A DNA stretch of 64,000 bases from a plasmid, in sequence record NZ_CP023785.1; one strand, written 5' to 3'. The notes below the pieces were generated by a model. That model was not told where the DNA came from. It did not search any database and was given only the letters and a program-made list of their open reading frames with translations. Made by a program: the position numbers and the translations under genes. Below, one piece after another: positions 44,082 to 53,950 of the stretch (the stretch's first letter is position 1; each line of letters starts with the position of its first letter).

Positions 44082-44264
44082 AGTAGTTTTCACTTCACGA
44101 ACAACTCCTCTCAAAAGAATTTCAGGTATTATTATACCAAAAGAAGGAAACGATTCCAAATTAGCAGGAATATTTTTATTTTAAAATAGATATTAGACGT
44201 GAAGCTTTTCGTAAAAAAATTTTCGTATTCAGATTTACCGGATTGACTCTGTCGCCAATATAGG

Positions 44265-44446
44265 CCGGCATACTTTGTCAATTTTATTTCATCAGAAAAA
44301 CGTTCAATTGGACCAATTTCAGCGAGTATTCCAGCAGCCTAAACAGGACCAATACCTGGGATACTGGTTAAACATTGATACTCCGGTAGCACCACGACTA
44401 AGTCGTCAATGGCTTTATCTAAGTCTTTAATTAATTTTTCAAGATT
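44265..44446 (-). pseudogene. IS110-family transposase C-terminal-domain fragment with internal stop
   Basis: LTSIPGIGPV*AAGILAEIGPIERFSDEIKLTKYAGLYWRQSQSG (Transposase_20-like). Confidence 0.45.
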
Positions 44447-44610
44447 GGGGTACATGGAACATAGAAACGAAAATGCACGGTAGTGAAAAATTAAAAACAC
44501 AAGAATCGTTGATTTATTAGTATTCTTGTGTTTTCAATTTTATACATTCAAAAATAGTATCTGGAACATCCGTGCGAAAATGCACGGTAGGAACCAAAAG
44601 ACGAACATTC

Positions 44611-45006
44611 TCAATAATTCTCTATATTTAACGGACGTAGTATTCCATTCGATAATTCTTTTTCATAGCGGAAACTATATTTGCCAACAAAATTAATGTG
44701 ATCACTAATTAATGGAAATTGCTTGCGTAACACTTCTTCGGAACAGTCGAACCCTTCCGTTTTAATTTGTTCAAAGACTTTTTCTAAATATAGTGAATTC
44801 CAATATATGATAGCATTAGTTACTAATCCTAATGCGTTGAGCTGTTCCTCCATACCGTCGTAATAAGTTTGATAAAGTTTGCCTTTTCTACCATAAAATA
44901 TATTTCGACATAGAGCATGACGAGCTTCACCTTTATTTAACTGTTCCGAGCTAGGCTCTCCTAAATAAACACCAAAAGAATTTTTATTGCGCTTAATTTC
45001 ATTCAT
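44611..45006 (-). pseudogene. tnpA: Tn3-family transposase, C-terminal 131 codons only
   Basis: ...ARHALCRNIFYGRKGKLYQTYYDGMEEQLNALGLVTNAIIYWNSLYL... typical TnpA C-terminus. Confidence 0.65.
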
Positions 45007-45127
45007 TCAAAACCTCCAAAGTAAATTATAAGTAGACTTAAAATTTATTTTTAAAAATGCTATGATAACAGTAAAACTACAAGTAAATTTTACATGTAAA
45101 TTATATCATTTTTTAAAAGGAGTTTTT

Positions 45128-45733
45128 ATGGCAAAAATTGGATATATTAGAGTGTCTTCACAAGATCAAAATTTAGATCGACAATTGGCAATGATGGAAG
45201 ACCTTAACATTGATAAATTATTCCAAGAAAAAGCCAGTGGTAAAGATATCCAGCGACCTGAGTTTCAAAAATTACTAAATTATATCCGAGAAGGTGATTG
45301 TGTCATTGTTGCATCACTGGATCGCCTAGGCAGAGATTATGAAGACATAAAAAATACAGTTACCTTTATGAAACAGAAAAAAGTAGCATTAAAAATACTA
45401 GATGCACAGTTTTTAGATTTTAATACTGGAAATGAACTCCTAGATACTGCTATGTTCGATATGTTTTTATCATTGCTAAGTTATATTGCACAAAACGAAC
45501 GTGAGAAAATCCGTGAACGTCAGCGGCAAGGAGTATTATTGGCCAAAAAAGCTGGTCGATATAAGGGGCGACCAATTGAATATTCTGAGAACTCAACAGA
45601 TCCGCAAAAACGATTAGTCTTTAAAACTGTGGTGGACATGTTAAATCAAGGAGTTCCAGTTGCAGAAATTGCCAAAGAAAATGGTCTCTCTCGACCAACC
45701 ATATATAAAATAAAGAAAGCGAATGATTTGTAG
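45128..45733 (+). CDS. tnpR: serine resolvase (201 aa; ORF-track start 45062 is an upstream in-frame extension)
   Basis: MAKIGYIRVSSQDQNLDRQ catalytic Ser, C-terminal HTH; RBS aaaggag. Confidence 0.85.
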   Translation: MAKIGYIRVSSQDQNLDRQLAMMEDLNIDKLFQEKASGKDIQRPEFQKLLNYIREGDCVIVASLDRLGRDYEDIKNTVTFMKQKKVALKILDAQFLDFNTGNELLDTAMFDMFLSLLSYIAQNEREKIRERQRQGVLLAKKAGRYKGRPIEYSENSTDPQKRLVFKTVVDMLNQGVPVAEIAKENGLSRPTIYKIKKANDL

Positions 45734-45778
45734 AATTTATACTATATTCATTCGCTTTTCTACCGTGCATTTTCGTTT

Positions 45779-46084
45779 CTATGTTCCATGTACCCCATAT
45801 TCTCTATGAAGGAGTTTCAATGTCATATTCTTTTTCATTAGTTCTTTATGAACATATTCCCAGTCTACAGGAAGGTAACCTCGTGCTGTTGTTTGTTTTT
45901 CCGGAAAAAGATATTCCTGCAGCCAAGTATCGCTCATATCAGCGGTTAGTTCAGTCACCCCCTTCCTGTCTGCTCGAGAAGTAACTTCTCGAATCGTATG
46001 TCTGGAGCTTCCCACAGTTAAACTAATCGTTCGTTGAGAAATACCGGAAAAATAAAGCTCCAAAATTTTTCGATAGTGAACCAA
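45779..46084 (-). pseudogene. IS21-family IstA N-terminal fragment, truncated by the Tn3-like IR
   Basis: HTH SQRTISLTVGSSRHTIREV and PVDWEYVHKELMKKNMTLKLLHREY block; last codons are read from the IR. Confidence 0.55.
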
Positions 46085-46851
46085 TAAAATAACATTCTGT
46101 ATAAGTTGTCATACCGAAAGGTATGCCTTTCTATTATACAGAAGGTTATTCATCTATTAAATATGAAAGTGGAGCAGTTTGTTGCCCTGGATGGAGCTAT
46201 CTATTGCCTTGAGTGGAGCAGTTATTCACCTCACTGGAGCTATTTATCTGCAATACTCAACTTGTTTAAATTTTTTTTCAGTAACTAATAGGAGTCAATG
46301 GCAATACGTACATCCATGTATTCTAAAGTGGTACAAACAAGGGGATTATCCATCGGTTTTCTTTCAAACGAGCTTAGAGTTGCCCTGAGCCAACTAATAA
46401 ATAGCAAAACAAGCGAACCGAGAGAAGGCTTCGCTTGTTTCTGATCAATTCTGTTTAATTTTATCTAGGATCACTTCAAATGTTTCAAAGGTATCTATAT
46501 CTAACTGGCACAGCCAAAGTAAGTATTTCTTTTCCTTATATGTCTAGTCAACAGTGGGGTAGGAGGTGATCAAATTATTGTATCTTGCTCTTTGTTCACT
46601 TGATGCTAGCTGCCAGCGTTTCTCAAATATTTTTTCTTCTTCCATTATCGATCCCCCAAAAAGAGCGCTGCCTGAAACTTCAATAACGGGCAGCGCAAGT
46701 CTAATTATGCAGATCTATGTATAGCATAACAAACAAATATGAAAAAACTTAGAAGGTAGTAGAAGTTCTGGCGTCTTTTGCTTTGCTTTCGTTCTTAATG
46801 TGTTTCATTCTAGAATATCTCAAAATAAAAACTATGCGTGGTGTTCTCATA

Positions 46852-47097
46852 TTAATTACTTGTTTTTTTCTCTTTTAAGTACATTAATACTTCATATTCC
46901 TCAACATGCTTACTTACAAAAGCATTATAAAATGAAGTACCTAAAACCATAGCAATCAATGTTAATATAGAATAGCTGACAATACCCCAGTCTCCAGAAA
47001 ACATTTCAGGAAACACTGCTTGTGGAAGACCTAGTATTAGAAATGAAATATAACAGATCATAACTACATTTAATAAGTTTTTATTCCTATCTGTCAC
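46852..47097 (-). CDS. small two-TM membrane protein (81 aa), weak translation signals
   Basis: hydrophobic ORF with terminator 46650-46692 downstream; no convincing SD. Confidence 0.3.
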   Translation of the reverse strand: MTDRNKNLLNVVMICYISFLILGLPQAVFPEMFSGDWGIVSYSILTLIAMVLGTSFYNAFVSKHVEEYEVLMYLKEKKTSN

Positions 47098-47185
47098 TTT
47101 TCTTTTTAAATGGCAAAAATTTCAATCTTTAAATGGCGAAAAACAAAGAGCGTGAGACCCTATCCTTATCTCACGCTCTTTGTCT

Positions 47186-47454
47186 ATTTTTCTAACAAAT
47201 CAAGTATTTCTTGAGGAGAATCAATAATTATATCTACACTTTGAAAATTTTCTATATTTTTGGCTCCCCATTTAGCTAAACCAAATGCTATCCCACAAGC
47301 TTTCGCACTTTGCATGTCATATAATGAATCACCAATATAAATCGTTTCTTATTTTTTATGCCCAATTCATCAATTGCCTTTTGTATGGGGTCCGGAAAAG
47401 GTTTATGCAACTTAGTATCTGAAGCTGTAATTTGTATATCAAAATATAGATTTA
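47186..47454 (-). pseudogene. HAD-superfamily hydrolase C-terminal fragment with internal stop, truncated by IS982-family element
   Basis: ...ETIYIGDSLYDMQSAKACGIAFGLAKWG... motif III/IV of HAD phosphatases. Confidence 0.45.
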
Positions 47455-48494
47455 ACCCGTGGTGCTAGTTAATTTTTTCCTAGAGGAAAATGTCTAAACA
47501 TGTTGGTAAATCAACAAAAAAACGCATATAGTAGTCTCAAAACTCCCAAGAAATGAGGACTACATATGCGTTCATCAAAATATACTGAACATTATACAGA
47601 TACTTTTATAACATTCAAGGAAATTATGAGAACTGTTTCTAACATATACCACAATTGTGTACCAGATAAGATTAAAAACCGAAGAAATACTGATCAACTG
47701 AAGCAACGCGATACAGTGATTATTGCTTGTGTTATATGGGGCATAATTAATGGCTATACTAGCCAAAGAGCCACGTATAGAGCGGTTTGTTCCATCTTAT
47801 TTCCTAATGGTGACTTTCCTAGTAGGAGTCGATTCACTCGCTTAAGTTCAAACTTAGCTTACACTATCAAGATTATTCGATACTTTTTCATCAAGAAGCT
47901 CACCAAAGGTGAACTAGTCGGAATTATAGATAGTTTTCCTAGTCCATTATGTAAACCAGTTAGAAATAGACAAGCAAAACTATTGAATCAAATAGCCAAA
48001 GTTGGCTATAACTCAACAAAAAAATCTTATTTTTATGGTCTTAAAATTCATATGATCGTTACTAAGACTGGCTTTCCGATTACTTACTCAATCACGAATC
48101 CAGGTGTCCATGACGTGAAAGTGTTAGAGACTTTATCGGAAGAAGCGAATCTTCCCAATATCCTAGGGGACAAAGGATATATTAGCCATAAAATCCATGA
48201 AAAGCTTGCCCTTATGGGCATTACTATATCCATTCCGCCACGTAAAAACATGGATAAATCAGAAAAACTAGACCACAGCTTACTTGGAAAACAAAGAAAA
48301 ACAGTTGGGACTGTTTTTTCTTTGTTAGAAAAATTAGGTTGTCAAAATTTCAACTCACGTTCTGTTAAAGGGCTAGAGAGTAGATTTGAAAGCATATTAC
48401 TGGCTTACAGTGTTCTATTAAGTCGAGCACAACGACGTTTTGAAGGAACTTTGAGATATTCTTTAGGATATTAAAATTAACTAGCACCACGGGT
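47455..48494 (+). mobile_element. IS982-family element (ISEfm1-like), 22-bp IRs acccgtggtgctagttaatttt
   Basis: IRs 47455-47476 / 48473-48494. Confidence 0.8.
47566..48474 (+). CDS. IS982-family DDE transposase (302 aa)
   Basis: YFYGLKIHMIVT..., DKGYIS motifs. Confidence 0.8.
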   Translation: MRSSKYTEHYTDTFITFKEIMRTVSNIYHNCVPDKIKNRRNTDQLKQRDTVIIACVIWGIINGYTSQRATYRAVCSILFPNGDFPSRSRFTRLSSNLAYTIKIIRYFFIKKLTKGELVGIIDSFPSPLCKPVRNRQAKLLNQIAKVGYNSTKKSYFYGLKIHMIVTKTGFPITYSITNPGVHDVKVLETLSEEANLPNILGDKGYISHKIHEKLALMGITISIPPRKNMDKSEKLDHSLLGKQRKTVGTVFSLLEKLGCQNFNSRSVKGLESRFESILLAYSVLLSRAQRRFEGTLRYSLGY

Positions 48495-48532
48495 ATCTAT
48501 TAAGAAGATCCTAGGTTATCTTAGATTATCTG

Positions 48533-50353
48533 CTAATCTTTGTATTTCCAGCAGTATCCTCCAGCATGTTTTTGAACTCCATTTGCAGCATCCCTAATAC
48601 TTTTTGAGTTAACGCCAACTTCTTTTACAGCAGAAGCTATAGTATCGAATTCTTTTATTATTGTTCCATCATCAGTCATTTGAATAATCTGTCTTCCACG
48701 CTTCTTGCTAGGCTCACTAATCGCATCCTCTTTTTTGTTCGCTTTTAGAAAATCAGATTTTTCCTTAGCTATCCGCTCTGCCTCTTGTTTAGCAAATAAT
48801 AGCTTAATTGCCTTATCCCTACGAGCCTCTAAAGTACCAACATCGTGCCGTGTTTTACGCATAATTCCTTCATCAAGAATGAGAATTTCATTATCGTAAT
48901 CCTTAATTTTTCGATAAGCTTTAGCATAAGAATCATATAGCGCAGGAGCATCATAGCCGTTATATCGAGCTTTATCAAAAAGTGCAATAGCTTCATCTAC
49001 TTTGCCATTTTTCCTAGCAGTTTCTCCACGTTCCCAATATGGATAACCTGCATCAAATCCTTTCTCCCAATTCCCTATATTTCGTATCTTGTTTAATGAA
49101 ACTCGATTATGCAACCCGTTAATAATTACATCTTCTCTAGATATCACTTTTTCAATATTTAGGTTAACTTCAGTCTCATCATATCCACGATTTTTTGCAT
49201 CGAATAATAACTCTTTCATCGCTGATTTTGAAATAGATTTCAGCATACTAAGGCTTTGCTCTGCTTCTTTTTTAGTGTAATTACTAACACTCATATATTC
49301 ATTCATAGAATTATAACAATCGCTATAAGCACTGAAAATATAATTTGAAAGAGGCGTTAAGTCAAAGGGGCTACGAAAATAGACTCGCACATTTGTTGTA
49401 CCGCCTTCACTTACAGTACAAGGTTCTATAGGTAAATCAATTCCATTTGTAGCATCTTTTCTAATAATGATGTAATTTCCCTTCTTAGCAAACTTAAACT
49501 TTAAGAATGTATATAGACAAGTTACATCGACATAATTATTACTGTTTTTTCGATACCTGATCCAACTGGTGTCGCATCCTTTTTTCTCAATAATATCTTG
49601 AATAAAAGCACAAGCTTCAAGTTCTTTTATGTCTGGAGTCATCTTTTCTATTTGCTTTTTTTGTTCTTCCAACGACTCCTCAATAATATCTAAAACACCC
49701 CAAAAAATCTTTCCGCATATATCTGCATCTGATTCCGCTCTATGGGCAGTGTCATTTATTAATCCGAAATATTCCGCTACAGTCTCTTGCTTATGATTTA
49801 CAATGCCTTTTATATGTTTTCTAGAGAGACTCAGAGTATCAACATACTTAATTTTAGCATCATACCCAAGTCTAGAAAATGTGTTACTTAAAAATCCAAA
49901 ATCGAAACTTGCATTGTGTGCACACATAGTGATTTTTCCATCTAGTGCATCTCCTAAAAATTCTACCAACTGGGGGTAAACTTCCTGCTCATTTGGAGCA
50001 GAGTTTAGCATTTCATTAGTTATATTATTTATTGCCGAAGCTGAGGCTGCAATTCTAACTTTTGGATTGACAAGAGTTCCGAATGATTGAATTGGAACTC
50101 CTTCTTTAAATAGCACCGCACCAATCTCTACAATTCTATCTGAAGAAGAATTTAGGCCAGTTGTTTCCACATCAAAAGCGATAAAAGTTTTACGAAACTC
50201 ATCTACATTTGATATGTCCACTTCCAATTTTTCAGCAAAAACTTTACCAGTACGAAATAGACTAGAAGCCAGTTGATAATCAACGTGTTTACTAACCTTT
50301 CCTTGTTTTTTCTTTAGAAAATCAAATAATCCCACTATTATTTCCTCCCCCAT
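48533..50353 (-). CDS. 606-aa multidomain protein: DnaQ-like DEDDh 3'-5' exonuclease (res ~55-215) + central unknown + TPR-like segment + C-terminal NUMOD-like DNA-binding tail (...GYCWKYKD)
   Basis: Exo I FDVETTGL, Exo II HNASFDFGFL, Exo III HRAESDAD; C-terminal SI.DAANG...GGYCWKY. Confidence 0.6.
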   Translation of the reverse strand: MGEEIIVGLFDFLKKKQGKVSKHVDYQLASSLFRTGKVFAEKLEVDISNVDEFRKTFIAFDVETTGLNSSSDRIVEIGAVLFKEGVPIQSFGTLVNPKVRIAASASAINNITNEMLNSAPNEQEVYPQLVEFLGDALDGKITMCAHNASFDFGFLSNTFSRLGYDAKIKYVDTLSLSRKHIKGIVNHKQETVAEYFGLINDTAHRAESDADICGKIFWGVLDIIEESLEEQKKQIEKMTPDIKELEACAFIQDIIEKKGCDTSWIRYRKNSNNYVDVTCLYTFLKFKFAKKGNYIIIRKDATNGIDLPIEPCTVSEGGTTNVRVYFRSPFDLTPLSNYIFSAYSDCYNSMNEYMSVSNYTKKEAEQSLSMLKSISKSAMKELLFDAKNRGYDETEVNLNIEKVISREDVIINGLHNRVSLNKIRNIGNWEKGFDAGYPYWERGETARKNGKVDEAIALFDKARYNGYDAPALYDSYAKAYRKIKDYDNEILILDEGIMRKTRHDVGTLEARRDKAIKLLFAKQEAERIAKEKSDFLKANKKEDAISEPSKKRGRQIIQMTDDGTIIKEFDTIASAVKEVGVNSKSIRDAANGVQKHAGGYCWKYKD

Positions 50354-50397
50354 TAATTTTATCCAGAATCACTTTTACGATGCCTTTTTCTTATATT

Positions 50398-51240
50398 CTA
50401 CCTATTCGCATACCACAAGAAGTGATCTAACTTTCTTCTTCTAAAAGGAATATGTATATTATTTTCATCAAGTAGTTTTCCAACACATTCGTTAAATGCC
50501 TCGTAATCAAAACTTCTTCGCCACGTATCAATCTTATTCGTAGTTAGTCCTTGGATATAGTGTGGAAGAGTATTTTTAACGATACCATCAAAGATGGAGT
50601 AATCATCTCTCCCACACACTTCCACATTATGATATGTACAGTACTTGGATGCAAATGAGAACATATTAACTGCACCAATGTTCCTTGCGATAATATTTAT
50701 CAACTGAGGATCTCCTTTTGCCAACCGATCATCAAAATTTGGAATCTCCAGAATTACTTTAGCCAAATCATATAGAGACAACCTGCTCTTATATTGAGAA
50801 AGATGTGTTGAATTTGTTACATCAATTACCGCAATCTTCATCGCAATAGTATTTAAATCATTATGAAGAGGAAATGCATTCAAAACATCATGTATTATTA
50901 GACCTTCTTTCCCATAATTAGAGCTTGCACCTACAAACTTATGCTGTTTCTCAATATTTTCTTCAGTTAAAGATAAGTATTTTTGTTTATGGATTGTTTC
51001 ACTTATAGTTTTTTCTTTACTTGAATCAAGCTTAAGAACCTTGTCAATGCACCAATATGTTGTTGCTCCTTTTATTGGGGAAATATCATTCTGCTTAAGA
51101 TATTCTTTTAATAAACTCAGTTGTTTTCCTTCTGGAATAGTACCAGATTTCGTTTCTATGATATGAGGTTGTGGTTTGGAAGTACCTTCATTAGCAGCAA
51201 ATACAGCATACTCAACATCATTTATTGTTATGATTTTCAA
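50398..51240 (-). CDS. hypothetical protein (280 aa), operonic partner of the exonuclease
   Basis: 44-bp gap to exonuclease gene, 15 bp to upstream HTH gene. Confidence 0.5.
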   Translation of the reverse strand: MKIITINDVEYAVFAANEGTSKPQPHIIETKSGTIPEGKQLSLLKEYLKQNDISPIKGATTYWCIDKVLKLDSSKEKTISETIHKQKYLSLTEENIEKQHKFVGASSNYGKEGLIIHDVLNAFPLHNDLNTIAMKIAVIDVTNSTHLSQYKSRLSLYDLAKVILEIPNFDDRLAKGDPQLINIIARNIGAVNMFSFASKYCTYHNVEVCGRDDYSIFDGIVKNTLPHYIQGLTTNKIDTWRRSFDYEAFNECVGKLLDENNIHIPFRRRKLDHFLWYANR

Positions 51241-51255
51241 TACAAATTACACCTC

Positions 51256-51477
51256 CTAATTACCTATCTTTATTTCATTGCCATCAGGCAATATAAAAGC
51301 CTGCACAAACTTGACACCTAGCACATCAGCAATCGCTTTCAACTCATCTAAGGTTACCGTTTCTCGTTGTAATTTCTTATTGAAATTCTGTGGAGTCTGT
51401 CCAATACGTCTAGCAAGTTCGGAAACACTTATATTCATTTGCTCACACAGTTCTTTAATCATTTCTGCCGTAGTCAT
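51256..51477 (-). CDS. XRE-family helix-turn-helix regulator (73 aa)
   Basis: ISVSELARRIGQTPQNFNKKL. Confidence 0.7.
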   Translation of the reverse strand: MTTAEMIKELCEQMNISVSELARRIGQTPQNFNKKLQRETVTLDELKAIADVLGVKFVQAFILPDGNEIKIGN

Positions 51478-51619
51478 ACAGCACCTCCAAGTTTACGCTA
51501 AGAATATTATAAATCATTTGGTTTATAATAACAATAGTTATTAAAATATTATTATAATCAGCAAGCAAAAGAAAACCCACGACTCTACTGTAGAATCATG
51601 GGCTATTTACTTCTGGTTT

Positions 51620-51898
51620 TCATATTTCCATTTCGATGCCAGATTTGAAGGATATGACGAAGTGTTCTTCATAGACTGTAACGCTCTGGATTATCTTCCT
51701 TACAAGCTTATCATCGTACTCTAAGGTACGGAATTTGTTCTTGCGGATAAATTCAATCAGCTCATTGATTCGCTCGTTCTCGCCACTGAGGGAGGCATCT
51801 TCTACTAAAAGGAGCTGTCGCTTGTCTCTCAGCTCATCAATCTCATCTGCTAGATGTTCATAATCTTGACCCTTATTAGCCAGCTTGATGAGTTCTTT
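51620..51898 (-). pseudogene. C-terminal coiled-coil fragment of a recombinase-like gene, 5' removed by IS1216
   Basis: ORF runs into IS1216 IR; sequence resembles C-terminal coiled-coil of large serine recombinases (weak). Confidence 0.3.
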
Positions 51899-52707
51899 GG
51901 TTCTGTTGCAAAGTTTTAAATCTACTATCAAATAAGGTAGAATAATAGAAAAAGATAGCAGGAGGAATGACGATGAATCATTTTAAAGGAAAGCAATTTC
52001 AGCAGGATGTGATTATTGTAGCCGTGGGCTACTATCTTCGTTATAACCTTAGCTATCGTGAAGTTCAAGAAATCTTATATGATCGTGGCATTAACGTTTC
52101 TCATGCGACGATTTATCGTTGGGTGCAAGAATATGGCAAACTACTCTATCAAATTTGGAAAAAGAAAAATAAAAAATCCTTTTATTCATGGAAAATGGAT
52201 GAAACGTACATCAAAATTAAAGGAAAATGGCATTATTTGTATCGAGCCATCGATGCAGATGGTTTAACCTTGGATATTTGGTTACGTAAAAAACGGGACA
52301 CACAAGCAGCCTATGCTTTTCTTAAGCGGTTAGTGAAGCAGTTTGATGAACCGAAGGTTGTAGTCACAGATAAAGCCCCCTCTATTACAAGTGCCTTTAA
52401 GAAACTAAAAGAATACGGCTTTTATCAAGGGACAGAACATCGTACCATTAAATACCTGAATAATTTGATTGAACAAGACCATCGTCCAGTAAAGAGACGC
52501 AATAAATTCTATCGAAGTTTACGCACTGCCTCTACCACGATTAAAGGCATGGAAGCCATTCGAGGATTATATAAGAAAACCCGAAAAGAAGGCACTCTCT
52601 TCGGGTTTTCGGTCTGTACTGAAATCAAGGTATTATTGGGAATCCCAGCTTAAATCATAGATACCGTAAGGGATTTTATTCTTTATTTAAAACTTTGCAA
52701 CAGAACC
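51899..52707 (+). mobile_element. IS1216, intact
   Basis: IRs both ends. Confidence 0.95.
51973..52653 (+). CDS. IS1216 transposase
   Basis: as above. Confidence 0.95.
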   Translation: MNHFKGKQFQQDVIIVAVGYYLRYNLSYREVQEILYDRGINVSHATIYRWVQEYGKLLYQIWKKKNKKSFYSWKMDETYIKIKGKWHYLYRAIDADGLTLDIWLRKKRDTQAAYAFLKRLVKQFDEPKVVVTDKAPSITSAFKKLKEYGFYQGTEHRTIKYLNNLIEQDHRPVKRRNKFYRSLRTASTTIKGMEAIRGLYKKTRKEGTLFGFSVCTEIKVLLGIPA

Positions 52708-52710
52708 TTT

Positions 52711-53931
52711 TTATTTTACAGAAGCACTCGAAACTGCATCTACTGCAGTTTCATCGTGTGTGCTGGCGCTGGTTACTGCATCTGTTTTTCCACCATGAAC
52801 AGATGCACTTGAAACCGCATCTTCATTTCCAACAAGTTGTTGACCCGTTTGTTGTAAATACCACTCAATGATTGGTTTGAAATCAAGAATGTATTCATTG
52901 ATTCCAGCATACTCTCCATTTTCATCATGCATTGCTTGGTAATTATGCACAATATATTTTTCTGGCACTTGTTTTGGTACATGAACACGTACCGCATCTG
53001 TTGCTCCGCTTCGCAGTTGTTGAATTACCCACTCTACATTTTTATACGATTTTTCTGGGTGACAGTTGGCTAATGGATTCCCTACCTGACCGGGCACACG
53101 AGCAGCTAACATCTCTTTCGCTTCTTGGCGCAAATTATAATATAAAAATTGGTTATTATTATCTGCAAAAGTTAATTCCATCGGCATCGAATCTAAAAAG
53201 TAATTGATTTGATCCACTGTCAATAACCCACGATTTAATTTGACGTAAGTATTTCCAGAAACGGCACCGACTGCTTCAGAAGCTTTTTCCAACCAATGAT
53301 CATCTGACATATCAACATCGGGTATTGTCGTAGCAATTGTTCCTGTCGCATGCAAATCTTCTGGTGGAAGCTTTTTAGGCCCTGCTAAGGTAGACACGAC
53401 TTTAATGAATTTTACAAAACTTGCTAATGTACTGCCTAAAAAGTCAACAGTTCGTGGATCAATCAAGCGATCTTCTTGGTCAAATGCTTCTTTTGCTTTT
53501 CCCAATAAAAATTCATTTCCGGGCATCACTAATGCATTCACGCCTGGTGCGTCCAAAATTTGGCGCAAGTGTAATTGCGCGCGTGAAGTTCCTTGATCGT
53601 AGTAAGAAGCACCCACAACCATTACAGGTTTATTTTCAAGTGGATGGATTTTAAATGATAGCCATTCAAGTGCACTTTTCAATCCTGCTGGAACCGTATG
53701 ATTGTGTTCTGGCGTAGCAATAATTACCCCATCAGCCATTAAGATTTTGCGATTTAGCTGTTGAATAGCAGGACTATTTGTTTGATCATCATCTTGATTG
53801 AACAGAGGTAAATCTTTGATTTCAATGATTTCTAAATTAAATAGTTCATGATATTGTTTTTGGATAAATGTTAATAATTTACGGTTATATGAAAGTTCAG
53901 CTGCTGATCCGACGATACCTATTAATTTCAT
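52711..53931 (-). CDS. NADPH-dependent FMN reductase-family domain fused to a ~200-aa C-terminal domain of unknown function and a repetitive DAV(S/T)SAS(V/T)H tail (start MKLIGIVGS at 53931)
   Basis: flavodoxin-like fold signature LIGIVGS...GVIIATPEHNHTVPAGLKSALEWLS; tail repeats read directly. Confidence 0.6.
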   Translation of the reverse strand: MKLIGIVGSAAELSYNRKLLTFIQKQYHELFNLEIIEIKDLPLFNQDDDQTNSPAIQQLNRKILMADGVIIATPEHNHTVPAGLKSALEWLSFKIHPLENKPVMVVGASYYDQGTSRAQLHLRQILDAPGVNALVMPGNEFLLGKAKEAFDQEDRLIDPRTVDFLGSTLASFVKFIKVVSTLAGPKKLPPEDLHATGTIATTIPDVDMSDDHWLEKASEAVGAVSGNTYVKLNRGLLTVDQINYFLDSMPMELTFADNNNQFLYYNLRQEAKEMLAARVPGQVGNPLANCHPEKSYKNVEWVIQQLRSGATDAVRVHVPKQVPEKYIVHNYQAMHDENGEYAGINEYILDFKPIIEWYLQQTGQQLVGNEDAVSSASVHGGKTDAVTSASTHDETAVDAVSSASVK

Positions 53932-53950
53932 CTTTGTTTGCTCCCCTCGA

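Larger units (their letters stand above)
44447..45796 (+). mobile_element. Tn3-family transposon remnant: 38-bp IR (44447-44483), second partial IR (44563-44590), tnpA 3' fragment, candidate res palindrome (45077-45103), tnpR, inverted IR (45760-45796)
   Basis: IRs identical and inverted; tnpA stop lies just inside the IR as in Tn3-family elements. Confidence 0.6.

Noticed and set aside
51121-51544. Plus-strand ORFs 51121-51321 and 51278-51544
   Set aside because: Antisense to the 280-aa and HTH genes; no SD; low-complexity.
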